Notes: generated by a model not told the origin, from the letters alone. A stretch of DNA of 64,000 bases from a bacterium (GCA_043800725.1 JAZDMR010000034.1:4374-68373), one strand, 5' to 3'; shown: positions 27,704 to 37,233, numbered from the stretch's first letter. Program-made: numbers and translations.

Positions 27704-27766
27704 TTCTTACGGAATAATGATGCTTCTCCCATCGCCAATTAAATAATTTTTTAACGAAATAAACAT

Positions 27767-28258
27767 ATGCCCGAAGAAAACAACGATTTCGGAAAAGTGC
27801 TAATGTCCTGGGAATTCCCCTCGCACATCAAACAAAAAAGAAATCGACGCTGGTACACTATTGCCGGAATAATCGGTGGATTAAGCTTTGCTTTCGCGGT
27901 AATCACCCTGAACTTTCTGTTTGCTTTCATCCTGATCATGATCGTACTTATTATGGTTATGCAGAATCGACAAGAACCGAGTAAGATTATCTGCAACATT
28001 ACCGAGGATGGCATAAAGATGGCTGATGATTTTTTTAAGTATGATGATCTGAAGGAGTTTTGGATTGCCTATAAACCGCCTGAGGTGAAAAAATTGTATC
28101 TTATCTTTAGAAGCTCGCTGAGACCCATGCTAATCATCCCGCTTGAGGAACAGAATCCTTTAAAAATACGCAAAGTTTTACTGGTTTATTTGGATGAAAA
28201 CTTGTCTCAAGAAGATGAAACAACCACTGAAGCCCTGGGTCGTTTACTTAAATTCTAA
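27767..28258 (+). CDS. Hypothetical membrane protein (163 aa).
   Basis: Two hydrophobic helices (IAGIIGGLSFAFAVITLNFLFAFILIMIVLIMV). No recognisable motif. Confidence 0.5.
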   Translation: MPEENNDFGKVLMSWEFPSHIKQKRNRRWYTIAGIIGGLSFAFAVITLNFLFAFILIMIVLIMVMQNRQEPSKIICNITEDGIKMADDFFKYDDLKEFWIAYKPPEVKKLYLIFRSSLRPMLIIPLEEQNPLKIRKVLLVYLDENLSQEDETTTEALGRLLKF

Positions 28259-28280
28259 TTTTAAAGATACCAGCGCCAAA

Positions 28281-28351
28281 GGTGGATCAGCCTATAGCTG
28301 AGGATAGAGCACAGGCTTGCTCTCGCCTTTCGGCGGTATAAACTCCGCCTT
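28281..28351 (+). other. Degenerate tRNA-Arg-like fragment (pseudo-tRNA) immediately upstream of the intact tRNA-Arg.
   Basis: TATAGCTGAGGATAGAGCACAGGCTTGC closely matches the D-arm and anticodon-arm region of the downstream tRNA (TAGCTCAGTTGGATAGAGCGCAGGCTTGC), but the acceptor and T arms cannot be folded. Confidence 0.3.
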
Positions 28352-28367
28352 TAACATTCATGATATG

Positions 28368-28444
28368 CGCCCGTAGCTCAGTTGGATAGAGCGCAGGCTT
28401 GCGGAGCCTGAGGTCGTAGGTTCGATCCCTGCCGGGCGCACCAG
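28368..28444 (+). tRNA. tRNA-Arg (anticodon GCG as read) with an encoded CCA.
   Basis: Acceptor GCGCCCG/CGGGCGC. D arm GCTC-AGTTGGATA-GAGC. Anticodon stem CAGGC/GCCTG with loop TTGCGGA. T arm GTAGG-TTCGATC-CCTGC. Discriminator A followed by CCA. Confidence 0.8.
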
Positions 28445-28472
28445 AAATATTTAAATCAAACAATAATTTCAC

Positions 28473-29429
28473 ATGATACAGGCGATTATCCTACTCATTC
28501 TCGGACTCGGTTTACTCATCGGCGGCGCTGAAGCGCTGGTCCGAGGTTCTGCCTCGCTAGCCCGTCGATGGGGTATTACGCCGCTGGTTATCGGACTGAC
28601 AGTGGTGGCTTTTGGCACCTCTGCTCCAGAAATGATTGTTAACTTGTTTTCGGCCATCAGGGGGTCGGGAGACATTGCCCTGGGCAACATCTTGGGCAGT
28701 AATACAGCCAACATATTGCTGATTTTAGGAATCGCTGCCTTCCTGCGTCCCATGATGGTTAAGCACAGCACTACTTGGAAAGAAATTCCGTTCGCTTTTT
28801 TAGCAGTCGTGCTTCTGTTGGTTCTAGGAAATGATATTTTCTTTGACGGTTTTTCAAGAAACTACATTTCCCGTACTGACGGACTGGTCTTGATAGCCAT
28901 TTTCGCAATATTTATTTATTACTCATTAAGTACTGCCCGAGTTCAAGGCGATCCTGGTGAAAAAATTACGGTATACCATAAATCTAACTCTCTTATCCTT
29001 GTTATTACCGGATTAATCGGTCTATTCATTGGCGGTAAATTACTGGTAGACAACGCTGTTATTCTGGCCACCTTGGCCGGGATATCAGAATCGTTAATTG
29101 GCTTAACTATTATCGCTGTCGGCACTTCTTTGCCTGAATTGGCTACTTCAGTGATTGCTGTTTTACGCGGGCACAATGATATCGCCATCGGTAATGTGGT
29201 TGGCTCGAATATCTTCAACGTATTCTGGGTACTGGGCGGTACGGCCATTATCGCTCCTCTGTCTTACAACTCGGTGATTAATATTGACGTCATAGTGGCT
29301 ATTGCCGCGACTATCCTGCTATTTATAGCAATCTTTGTCGGCAAAAAACATGTTTTGGCCCGCGGTGAAGGTATTGCTTTTATATTGCTTTATCTCATCT
29401 ATATCGGCTACTTAATCGCTCGGGGCTAA
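28473..29429 (+). CDS. CaCA-family sodium/calcium exchanger (YrbG-like, 318 aa).
   Basis: Two alpha-repeat signatures ([12 protein letters not shown] and [11 protein letters not shown]), the motifs FGTSAPEM and VGTSLPEL, and ~10 TM helices. Confidence 0.8.
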   Translation: MIQAIILLILGLGLLIGGAEALVRGSASLARRWGITPLVIGLTVVAFGTSAPEMIVNLFSAIRGSGDIALGNILGSNTANILLILGIAAFLRPMMVKHSTTWKEIPFAFLAVVLLLVLGNDIFFDGFSRNYISRTDGLVLIAIFAIFIYYSLSTARVQGDPGEKITVYHKSNSLILVITGLIGLFIGGKLLVDNAVILATLAGISESLIGLTIIAVGTSLPELATSVIAVLRGHNDIAIGNVVGSNIFNVFWVLGGTAIIAPLSYNSVINIDVIVAIAATILLFIAIFVGKKHVLARGEGIAFILLYLIYIGYLIARG

Positions 29430-29531
29430 ACTATCATCTTTAAGAGTGAGGGATTTTTTAGGATAGATCAAAAGTAACGCCCTTTCCTTAAAAATAATTA
29501 TTTCCCATAAAAACAGTAGCCAGAATAAGGG

Positions 29532-29549
29532 CTGGTTTTCGAAAACCAG
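29532..29549 (+). promoter_or_regulatory. Perfect 18-nt palindrome (CTGGTTTTCGAAAACCAG) 22 nt upstream of the recG GTG start; candidate operator or terminator stem.
   Basis: Read directly; the two 9-nt halves are exact reverse complements. Confidence 0.3.
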
Positions 29550-29570
29550 AGTTATTGGTAGACTGATTGG

Positions 29571-31628
29571 GTGATTCAATTTAATACTCCAGTCCAATCT
29601 CTGGCCCGAGTCGGTCTAAAAATCGCCTCCGCCTTAAACCGTTTGGAAATATTTACAGCGGCTGACTTGCTTAATCATTTTCCGTTTCGTTATGACGATT
29701 TTACGAAAATAGTGCCGATTGCCCGCCTAAAATCTGAAACGGTTGCTACGGTCCAAGGCAAAATAGAGCTAATCGGCAGTCGCCGTAGTTTTCGCAAGCG
29801 AATGGTAGTGACTGAAGCCGCTATCCGAGACGATACTGGTTATCTTAAAATTGTCTGGTTTAATCAGCCATATTTAAAAAAAATCCTCAAGCCCGGAGAC
29901 GATATTATGGTCAGCGGCAAAGTTAGCCTGCAATACGGCAGTCCCCAGATGCTTAGCCCTTCTTACGAAAAAATACAGGCTGAGCAAACTCACGTCGGCC
30001 GGATTGTGCCAGTCTATGGGGTGACTGAAGGTATAACGCCTAAATATTTCCGATCATTGATTAAACAAGTCCTGCCGCTGGCTAATAAAATTAGCGAGCC
30101 CCTGCCTGGGGCAATAATTAAACAAGAAAAATTATTATTCCAAAGCAGAGCAATTTCAGCTATCCATTTCCCTAAAACCAGCCAAGAGCTAGATAAGGCT
30201 CAGTATCGCTTGGCTTTCAACGAGCTCCTGCGCCTGCAATTAGAAAGCCGGCAAACAAAAAATCTCTTAAAAACCAGTCCGGCTAGTCAAATAACTTTTC
30301 AAAAGGAAAAGACTAAAAAATTTGTGGATCAGCTGCCGTTTCAGCTAACCAAAGCCCAGAAAAAATCAGCCTGGGAAATAATAAAAGACTTAGGCAGCCT
30401 CCACCCCATGAATCGCCTACTACAGGGTGATGTTGGCTCTGGAAAGACCGTGGTAGCCGTACTAGCCATGCTTAATGCCCATTGGAATAATTTCCAAGCA
30501 GTCTTTATGGCGCCTACGGAAATATTGGCTGAACAGCATTTTCAAACTATAACTAAGCTGCTTGGCCAGAATATAAACCTTGGCCTGCTTACCGGCTCAC
30601 AATCGAAAACCAGCCAACAGCCTGTTATTTCCAAGCAAGATTTAAAAGACCAACTGAAGCAGGGAAAGTTGCCTATTGTATTCGGCACTCATGCTTTAAT
30701 AGAGCAGGATGTTGAATTCAAATCTCTTGGCCTAGTAATCATTGATGAGCAACATCGCTTCGGGGTAAATCAAAGACAGACCCTAAAAGATAAGAGTTCA
30801 AAGCAAAACCAAGCCATGCCTCATTTCCTGTCTATGACCGCCACGCCCATCCCCCGCACTTTGGCTTTGACCCTCTATAGTGATCTGGATATTTCAACAA
30901 TTGACGAGCTGCCAAAAAACCGCTTGCCTATAATCACTAAACTGGTACCGCCGGATAAGCGCAATGAAACGTACGGGTTTATCCGCAAGCAGATTGATAA
31001 GGGTTTTCAAATCTTTATCATCACGGCTTTAATAGACGAATCTGATTCGCTGGGCATAAAAGCAGCCACCAAAGAGCATGTTCGGCTGTCTGAACAGATT
31101 TTTCCTGACTTAAATATCGGCTTATTGCATGGACGTTTGCCCGGTAAAACCAAAGAACAAATAATGAGGGACTTCGCTGATAATAAATTTAATATCCTAG
31201 TATCTACAGCAGTGGTGGAGGTGGGCGTGGATATTCCTAACGCAACAGTAATGGTAATAGAAGATGCCGAACGTTTTGGTTTGGCGCAGCTGCATCAATT
31301 CCGCGGCCGGGTCGGCCGTAGCAAGGCACAATCGTATTGCTTCCTATTTACCGAATCGACCGGCAAAAATGCCCGGCTGGACACCATGACCAAGATAACC
31401 GACGGCTTCGCAATTGCCGAAGCTGATTTGAAATTACGGGGCCCGGGCGAGCTACGGCGCGGCAAGCAGTCCGGCCTGCCGGATTTTGCCATGAGTTCGT
31501 TGCATGACATTGAGCTAATAAAAAAGACTCGCGATATAGCACGACAGATTCTAGAACAGGACCCGGAACTAACTAATTCCCCTCTCCTAAAACACTCCTT
31601 GTCCGATACTAGCATTCACTGGGAATAG
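29571..31628 (+). CDS. recG: ATP-dependent DNA helicase RecG (685 aa, GTG start).
   Basis: Wedge-domain N-terminus, helicase motifs GDVGSGKT and IIDEQHRFGV, and QLHQFRGRVGRS. Confidence 0.9.
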   Translation: MIQFNTPVQSLARVGLKIASALNRLEIFTAADLLNHFPFRYDDFTKIVPIARLKSETVATVQGKIELIGSRRSFRKRMVVTEAAIRDDTGYLKIVWFNQPYLKKILKPGDDIMVSGKVSLQYGSPQMLSPSYEKIQAEQTHVGRIVPVYGVTEGITPKYFRSLIKQVLPLANKISEPLPGAIIKQEKLLFQSRAISAIHFPKTSQELDKAQYRLAFNELLRLQLESRQTKNLLKTSPASQITFQKEKTKKFVDQLPFQLTKAQKKSAWEIIKDLGSLHPMNRLLQGDVGSGKTVVAVLAMLNAHWNNFQAVFMAPTEILAEQHFQTITKLLGQNINLGLLTGSQSKTSQQPVISKQDLKDQLKQGKLPIVFGTHALIEQDVEFKSLGLVIIDEQHRFGVNQRQTLKDKSSKQNQAMPHFLSMTATPIPRTLALTLYSDLDISTIDELPKNRLPIITKLVPPDKRNETYGFIRKQIDKGFQIFIITALIDESDSLGIKAATKEHVRLSEQIFPDLNIGLLHGRLPGKTKEQIMRDFADNKFNILVSTAVVEVGVDIPNATVMVIEDAERFGLAQLHQFRGRVGRSKAQSYCFLFTESTGKNARLDTMTKITDGFAIAEADLKLRGPGELRRGKQSGLPDFAMSSLHDIELIKKTRDIARQILEQDPELTNSPLLKHSLSDTSIHWE

Positions 31629-31711
31629 ATTTAATTCCTAATTATCAGTTACGAAATACTATTTGATTATTGTTTTTTGATATTTGATTATTTTTAATAT
31701 ATACTATTACT

Positions 31712-32305
31712 ATGGATATTAAAAGAGACCTTGAATTCTTGTTTGAAATCGGTATGCTTCGTTTTGTTCCTAGGACTTGGGAGCAGTTTTTACACGAAGA
31801 TGTGCAGAATGTTAGTGAGCATAATTACCGGGTTACATGGATTGCGTTAATAATTGCCAAGCATGAACATGTAGAAAATCACGAAAAAATCATGAGGATG
31901 GCCATGGTTCATGACGTGCCGGAATCCAGAACCGGTGACGTGCATTATATCTCTCGCATCTATACCCAGAGAAATGAACACGGGGCAATTAAAGACCAGC
32001 TTAAAAACACTCAACTGGAAAAAGAGTTTATCGGATTATTTGAGGAATATGAAAAGCGAGAATCAATAGAAGCTAAAATAGTCAAAGACGCCGATATAAT
32101 CGACCAGGAACTTGAGCTCCAAGAACAAAAATATAAAGGCAATAAAATAAAAGACGTTTTTGATGAAAAGCGGCAAGCCATCTTGCCTAACAAGCTGTTT
32201 ACTAAAACTGCTCAACAGTTATGGCAGGAAATTCAAAGTTCCAATCCCCATGACTGGCATATAAAAGGCCGAAATCGTTTTACTGACGGTGACTGGCAGT
32301 CTTAG
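31712..32305 (+). CDS. HD-domain phosphohydrolase (YfbR-like 5'-deoxynucleotidase family, 197 aa).
   Basis: HD-domain His...HD...D motif (H...MAMVHDVPESRTGD...D) within an all-alpha protein of typical size. Confidence 0.7.
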   Translation: MDIKRDLEFLFEIGMLRFVPRTWEQFLHEDVQNVSEHNYRVTWIALIIAKHEHVENHEKIMRMAMVHDVPESRTGDVHYISRIYTQRNEHGAIKDQLKNTQLEKEFIGLFEEYEKRESIEAKIVKDADIIDQELELQEQKYKGNKIKDVFDEKRQAILPNKLFTKTAQQLWQEIQSSNPHDWHIKGRNRFTDGDWQS

Positions 32306-32446
32306 CACTTTCTGAGGATAGATAAATAATTGGTCATAAATAAACCAACCCGACTAAAGTCGGTTAGAAGGTAGCTTGTCCGTCTACTATCACTATAGGG
32401 CGGGAAAACCAGTTAGAACGATATTCTTCAGGGGTACAAAATGCCT

Positions 32447-32479
32447 TCCCAAGCCACTTCAGTGGCGTAGGGCTTTTTT
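32447..32479 (+). terminator. Rho-independent terminator candidate downstream of the HD hydrolase gene.
   Basis: Hairpin CCC..GCCAC-TTCA-GTGGC..GGG followed by TTTTTT at 32474-32479. Confidence 0.4.
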
Positions 32480-32657
32480 AACCAACCTGACTACCACTAC
32501 TTAGGGCAGTCATCGCCATATAATTATATCTTTTTTGGGAGGGTGGAGTAACGCTAAATCGGGAGTTCCCGCCTTCCTTAAATTTGAAAAACTATGTGAC
32601 TGGAAAGCCGGTTAGAATACCTAATCCTAACCATCAATAAAAATTAGTAACTCGTAA

Positions 32658-34001
32658 TTAGTAATTAATTATTATTTTCAAGGCTTCGCGAACTGTTTTT
32701 ACTTTTACTAAATTAATCTTACCTGCTTTCACTTGGCTGTTATGGCTCAATACAACGCGATTAAATCCCAGCTTCGTAAGTTCGACAATTCGCTTATCAA
32801 TATTTGAAACGCTTCTTAACTCGCCGCCCAAGCCCACCTCGCTAATCATGGCAGTTTTCGGATCCACTGACTTGTCTTTCAGGGCAGACGCAATTGCCGT
32901 GGCAACGGCCAAATCAGCAGCCGGTTCTTTGACTGATAGCCCCCCCACTACATTTAAATAAACATCTTGGGCTCCCAGCTTTAAACCAACACGTCGGCTT
33001 AGAACTGCCATAATCAATTGCAGCCTTTGAGCGTCTACTCCCATGGCGGTCCGCCGAGGCATACCGAAAACAGTGGGATTTACCAAGGCTTGCAGTTCAA
33101 CCAGCCAGGCCCTGCTCCCCTCAACTGTGGCAGTCACCACCGTACCGCTGCCTGGCTGGCGTTCTGATAAAAACATTTCCGAAGGATTGGGCACTTCCAC
33201 TAGACCGGTTTTATTCATGGAAAAAATACCAATCTCGTTGGTCGAGCCAAAGCGATTCTTAGCCGAGCGCAGCAATCGATACTGATGCTTATTATCTCCT
33301 TCTAAATACAAAACCGTATCAACCAAGTGTTCCAATGTTTTGGGGCCCGCTACGCTGCCTTCTTTTGTTACATGACCGATAATCAATACTGCACAGGTTT
33401 GCTTTTTGGCGAATTGAAGCAGCTGATTCGTCACTGTCCTTACTTGGGCTATGGTCCCCGCCTCAGACGGCAATAATGATGAGGTCATGGTTTGGATTGA
33501 GTCAACAATCAAGAAATCCGGCTTATTTGATTCAGCTGCGGCAATAATACTCTCGACTTCTGTCTCCCCCAAAAAGTCCATCATTTCGCCGGACAGTTTC
33601 AAACGATCTAAGCGAAGCTTTATCTGCTCTCCTGATTCTTCGCCCGAGACGTAAAGCGTTTTCTTTTTTTGCTCAGCCAGGCCGCTGGCAATTTGTACCA
33701 CCAAAGTCGACTTGCCAATACCCGGAGCGCCGCCCAATAAGCTAAGCGAACCAGGCACTATGCCTCCGCCCAATACGTGATCAAGTTCATTGATGCCGGT
33801 CACCAAGCGTGCCACGCCTTTTCCCTGAATTTCAGTAAACGAAGTGACATTGGGAGCTTTAACTTTTTCTAAGTTATTTTTCGTCTGGGATATTTGCGGC
33901 TCCAAAGTGCCCCAGGCCGAACACTCTGGACAGCGCCCTTGCCAGACAGGAAACTGATTATCGCATTTTGAGCACAGGAAGATGGTCTTACTTTTTGGCA
34001 T
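32658..34001 (-). CDS. radA: DNA repair protein RadA/Sms (447 aa).
   Basis: N-terminal zinc finger (CSKCDNQFPVWQGRCPECSAW), Walker A motif GGAPGIGKST, the KNRFG motif, and a Lon-like C-terminal domain. Confidence 0.9.
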   Translation of the reverse strand: MPKSKTIFLCSKCDNQFPVWQGRCPECSAWGTLEPQISQTKNNLEKVKAPNVTSFTEIQGKGVARLVTGINELDHVLGGGIVPGSLSLLGGAPGIGKSTLVVQIASGLAEQKKKTLYVSGEESGEQIKLRLDRLKLSGEMMDFLGETEVESIIAAAESNKPDFLIVDSIQTMTSSLLPSEAGTIAQVRTVTNQLLQFAKKQTCAVLIIGHVTKEGSVAGPKTLEHLVDTVLYLEGDNKHQYRLLRSAKNRFGSTNEIGIFSMNKTGLVEVPNPSEMFLSERQPGSGTVVTATVEGSRAWLVELQALVNPTVFGMPRRTAMGVDAQRLQLIMAVLSRRVGLKLGAQDVYLNVVGGLSVKEPAADLAVATAIASALKDKSVDPKTAMISEVGLGGELRSVSNIDKRIVELTKLGFNRVVLSHNSQVKAGKINLVKVKTVREALKIIINY

Positions 34002-34095
34002 GATAGCAAATAAACAATTCTATTATAATTTCAAACAAATATAAAATTACTAGCGTATAATAAATACAAATAATTCATAATCAGTAATTTAATAA

Positions 34096-35292
34096 TTATT
34101 CATTACTCCAGCCCCAACTCTGAGCTCTCTGATACATAGCTTCTACGGTAGGCACGTAAACGCGAGTCTCAGCATAACCGGGATTTTCCGAGCATTCCCA
34201 CCAGGTTAAGCCTTTGACATCACCACTTGGCGGACAAGAAATGGAGGAGCAATTGGCTGATAGACCGCCATTATAGGCGGCGATCATATAATGCCAGTTA
34301 TTAGTACAATTAGTATATTCCGGCTTACATTGAACGGTCTGACCGCTCTTATACGTAGCACGATCAGGACAAGCATTGCTTTTTAATTTTTTTAATAATG
34401 CTACGCCAGCCCTGATATTCTGCTCAGCAGTGGCTTCTCCTTTCAGGCAATTTCCGCCTGAGTTATACGGCATCACTTGCATTAGCCCGCAAGCTCCGGC
34501 TGGGGAAACCGCGTCTGGATTGCCTCGCGATTCAATCATCATTACAGCTTTGACATAAAAACCATCCAAATCGTTGGCCGCCGATATTTCTTTTATCAGG
34601 CTGTCCCATTTAGTTACATTCTGAATCGTGGAAACATCTCCGCCTTGAGGAAACGGGCTGGCCGGCGAGCCCTTTTCACTAGTCATCATATTTTCATCTA
34701 AAATAATAGCCGGCACTTGAAAAATCGATAAATCACGAAAGCTAACCAAGGAAGGATTAATCGTCCTTAAAATTACAAAAGAGCCCAAGGTCAAAAGTAA
34801 TCCGATCACGGCGCCATTCATGGTTGACTTGGCATTGGTAATTTTTGATGCGTCGCCCGCCGCGGTAATCCATTGTATGCCGGCGTATATTGTCATAACC
34901 GCGGCTAAAATCCCCACCACCCAGACAAAATAGACATAAAAAGATCTGATGTACCTACTGAGCAAGCTGCCATCAACCAGCTGCTTCCCTTCAAATACCC
35001 CGGGAATAGGCGCATTGGGCGTAAAATAAATCTCATCAGAAGTTTCCACTAGTATATCAATATCAGGCATGTCCCCAGGGCAGTCTGAGTCCAGTCCAGA
35101 CCATTGATATCCGCCCATTACTTCCTGGCAGCTGCTACCAGGATTGATATTTACACGGCTACACATTTCTTGTCCAAAAAATACATTACAGCAACACGTC
35201 TCATAGGCCTGTGCTGGACTGGGAATAAACAGCATCCAGGTAAGAAAAATCCCGAGTACCAAGAATAGACTAATTTTTAAAGTTAGGTTCAT
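34096..35292 (-). CDS. Secreted/membrane protein (398 aa) with a C-terminal lytic transglycosylase (SLT, VirB1-like) domain and an internal VirB2/TrbC-like two-helix hydrophobic segment.
   Basis: Signal peptide. SLT motif MMIESRGNPDAVSPAGACGLMQVMPY. Hydrophobic hairpin FYVYFVWVVGILAAVMTIYAGIQWITAAGDASKITNAKSTMNGAVIGLLLTLGSFVIL, shared almost identically with ORF 37234..38367. Confidence 0.65.
   Translation of the reverse strand: MNLTLKISLFLVLGIFLTWMLFIPSPAQAYETCCCNVFFGQEMCSRVNINPGSSCQEVMGGYQWSGLDSDCPGDMPDIDILVETSDEIYFTPNAPIPGVFEGKQLVDGSLLSRYIRSFYVYFVWVVGILAAVMTIYAGIQWITAAGDASKITNAKSTMNGAVIGLLLTLGSFVILRTINPSLVSFRDLSIFQVPAIILDENMMTSEKGSPASPFPQGGDVSTIQNVTKWDSLIKEISAANDLDGFYVKAVMMIESRGNPDAVSPAGACGLMQVMPYNSGGNCLKGEATAEQNIRAGVALLKKLKSNACPDRATYKSGQTVQCKPEYTNCTNNWHYMIAAYNGGLSANCSSISCPPSGDVKGLTWWECSENPGYAETRVYVPTVEAMYQRAQSWGWSNE
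34817..34944. repeat. ~128-nt near-identical DNA repeat (copy 1), shared between the two VirB2-like genes; copy 2 is at 37970..38095.
   Basis: Direct comparison: about 6 mismatches over ~126 aligned nt. It encodes the conserved two-helix hydrophobic hairpin. Confidence 0.7.
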
Positions 35293-35927
35293 GTTGACAA
35301 GAGTCCAGCAATTAGATTATCCATGAATTCAAAAGTCGGCGCTTCTTTGATAAGAAACCGGTCAATAAAAATGGTAGGCGTGGTATTTATCCCAAAGGCC
35401 AGCCCGCTCTGAACGCTTGACTCAACCAAATTCCTGGACACTAAACCACCCTGGCAATTAGTAAATTCTTCCACGTCCAAATTCAAATCTGCGGCAATAC
35501 GAGTATATGTTTCCGGCCCTAAACTTTCTTGATTTTGGTACAATGCATCATGGTATTCCCAGAAAGAATATTGTTGCTGGGCGCAGCGAGCCGCCACGGC
35601 AGCCTCTTTCGCTTTTGCGCGAATGCTCTCAACGGGAAAATCTTTCCAGACCAATCTGATTTGTGAACCGTATTTTACAGATAATAACTGATACACTTCA
35701 TGCCACTGTTTGCAGAATTCGCATTGAAAATCGCTGTATTCTATTATTGTCACAGCAGCCTTTTCCGAGCCGCGAACGGGATCAGTCAATTCTATTTCAG
35801 GCAACTTGCTTGATAGATTCGGCGAGCTAGGTATTCTAATCGCCCACCAGGTAAAGCCAGCCAATACCAAAATACTGGCGATATAAAGCCAAGTAACAGA
35901 TTTATTTGATTTGGTTTCTTGGTTCAT
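35289..35927 (-). CDS. DsbA-family thiol-disulfide oxidoreductase (thioredoxin fold, membrane-anchored, 212 aa).
   Basis: N-terminal TM segment, CxxC active site (DFQCEFCKQWH), and a DsbA-like length and layout. Confidence 0.7.
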   Translation of the reverse strand: MNQETKSNKSVTWLYIASILVLAGFTWWAIRIPSSPNLSSKLPEIELTDPVRGSEKAAVTIIEYSDFQCEFCKQWHEVYQLLSVKYGSQIRLVWKDFPVESIRAKAKEAAVAARCAQQQYSFWEYHDALYQNQESLGPETYTRIAADLNLDVEEFTNCQGGLVSRNLVESSVQSGLAFGINTTPTIFIDRFLIKEAPTFEFMDNLIAGLLST

Positions 35928-37177
35928 TATTTAAGCTTTATGGTTCTGATTAAGCCCTGGCCATCGCTAAAATACAGCTGATCGCCCTGGGCCGATAAAA
36001 ACACCTTATCAACCGAATATTGCGCCGTACCGCTTGTATCAGTCGGCTGAGCCAGTAATTGCTTGCTGCCCGAGGCAATATCAATCTGGTAGAATTCATA
36101 CGGCAGTGAATCGCTCAACTCAGGATATAACCCGCTGCCTCGAGGCAGGCCGATCGGCACGGCACAATAAACAGTGTTTGTATTTGAGCCAAAAGAGCAT
36201 TTATCAGGCCAAGTATTTACTCCCAAGTGTTGATTGTTTCGCCCGAGACTGTTGCCCTGTGACTGCACGATATAAAGCTCCGGATTATAAGAGGTAGCGG
36301 AGTTATAGACGCTGTAAAGAAGCCTGGCTCCACTCTGGTCATACATACCCTCAAAGCCCCGGCCATTTGTTTCAATAGATTTGAAGTTTTCACCCTGAAG
36401 GCCCAGCGGGATGATTTCCTGCCTTTCCGCGTTAATGGATTGCTGGTATGTTGCCACAATCTGAGAATTTGGCGACCAGTTGACAGTCACCTGACTGGCC
36501 TTTTCTCCCAGCGGCTCGATAACCTGCGCTTCGGAACCATCAGAATTAATAATCGCCAGCCAGTTATCTCCGGGAGTAGGGCCGATAAACTTTGCCGCCA
36601 GCTTGGTCGAATCAGGCGAAAAAGAAAATTCCTCCAGCTCTGTGGGCAGGGTTGCCTGCTTTTTGGTACGGAAATCATAGGTAATATTGGCGCCGTCTTG
36701 AAAGCCCAGAACTGCCACATCCTTGTTGGGAGCCCAGGTGACATCTTCAACCCCTTTAAAAATCTGGTCCGTCATGATAGTTCTTTGGGCGCCGGTTCGA
36801 TCCAGCTTATAAAACTTGCCTGTCAGAGGATCATAATACTGCATATCCACGCCGTTGCCTGCCAAGCTCAAGAATTTGGATTGGGTGTCCACTACTGCCG
36901 GAGCAATCGTTTTTCCCCCGTTAGCCACATCGGTGGGAGCCGGCAAACTGATATTGGTAAGCTGGACTGCCTGGCCTGTATTGGCATTTGTATCAACTGT
37001 GCGATTAATGTCACCGTTGACATTTGGCAACTGTCCGTTTGACAGTTCATTGCTGTTTTCATCCTCAGTCGGCGCCGGCGCAATAAAAGCCATATACAAA
37101 AGTAGGCCGATAATAAATACGGCGATTAAAAAGGCAGCTATGTAAATAATTTTTCTCCAGGGTATTGATTCGAACAT
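35927..37177 (-). CDS. Secreted beta-propeller protein, TolB/PD40-like (416 aa).
   Basis: N-terminal TM/signal segment. PD40-like blade motifs (FSFSPDSTKLAAKF, WSPNSQIVATY, GDQLYFSDGQG). Confidence 0.6.
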   Translation of the reverse strand: MFESIPWRKIIYIAAFLIAVFIIGLLLYMAFIAPAPTEDENSNELSNGQLPNVNGDINRTVDTNANTGQAVQLTNISLPAPTDVANGGKTIAPAVVDTQSKFLSLAGNGVDMQYYDPLTGKFYKLDRTGAQRTIMTDQIFKGVEDVTWAPNKDVAVLGFQDGANITYDFRTKKQATLPTELEEFSFSPDSTKLAAKFIGPTPGDNWLAIINSDGSEAQVIEPLGEKASQVTVNWSPNSQIVATYQQSINAERQEIIPLGLQGENFKSIETNGRGFEGMYDQSGARLLYSVYNSATSYNPELYIVQSQGNSLGRNNQHLGVNTWPDKCSFGSNTNTVYCAVPIGLPRGSGLYPELSDSLPYEFYQIDIASGSKQLLAQPTDTSGTAQYSVDKVFLSAQGDQLYFSDGQGLIRTIKLK

Positions 37178-37233
37178 GAGTCTAGTTTTTTAGTAGTAAT
37201 TAATACAAATTCGAAATTGCGATAATAAAATCA

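Noticed and set aside
27448-27738. ORFs 27448..27738 (minus) and 27496..27717 (plus).
   Set aside because: Both span tRNA-Ser(TGA) and its flanking inverted repeat; they are artefacts of the structured RNA region.
28287-28472. Minus-strand 61-aa ORF.
   Set aside because: It is antisense to tRNA-Arg and the pseudo-tRNA fragment.
32306-32657. tmRNA, RNase P RNA or SRP RNA in the long intergenic region.
   Set aside because: No tRNA-like acceptor/T-arm with tag-peptide ORF (tmRNA) is present. The GGTAAGAGCGCACC / AGGAAAGTCCGG blocks of RNase P are absent. The GGAAGCAGC domain-IV motif of SRP RNA is absent.
36440-37042. Plus-strand 200-aa Cys/Arg-rich ORF and neighbouring short ORFs.
   Set aside because: They are antisense to the TolB-like propeller gene, which has clear PD40 blades; the composition is typical of an antisense frame.
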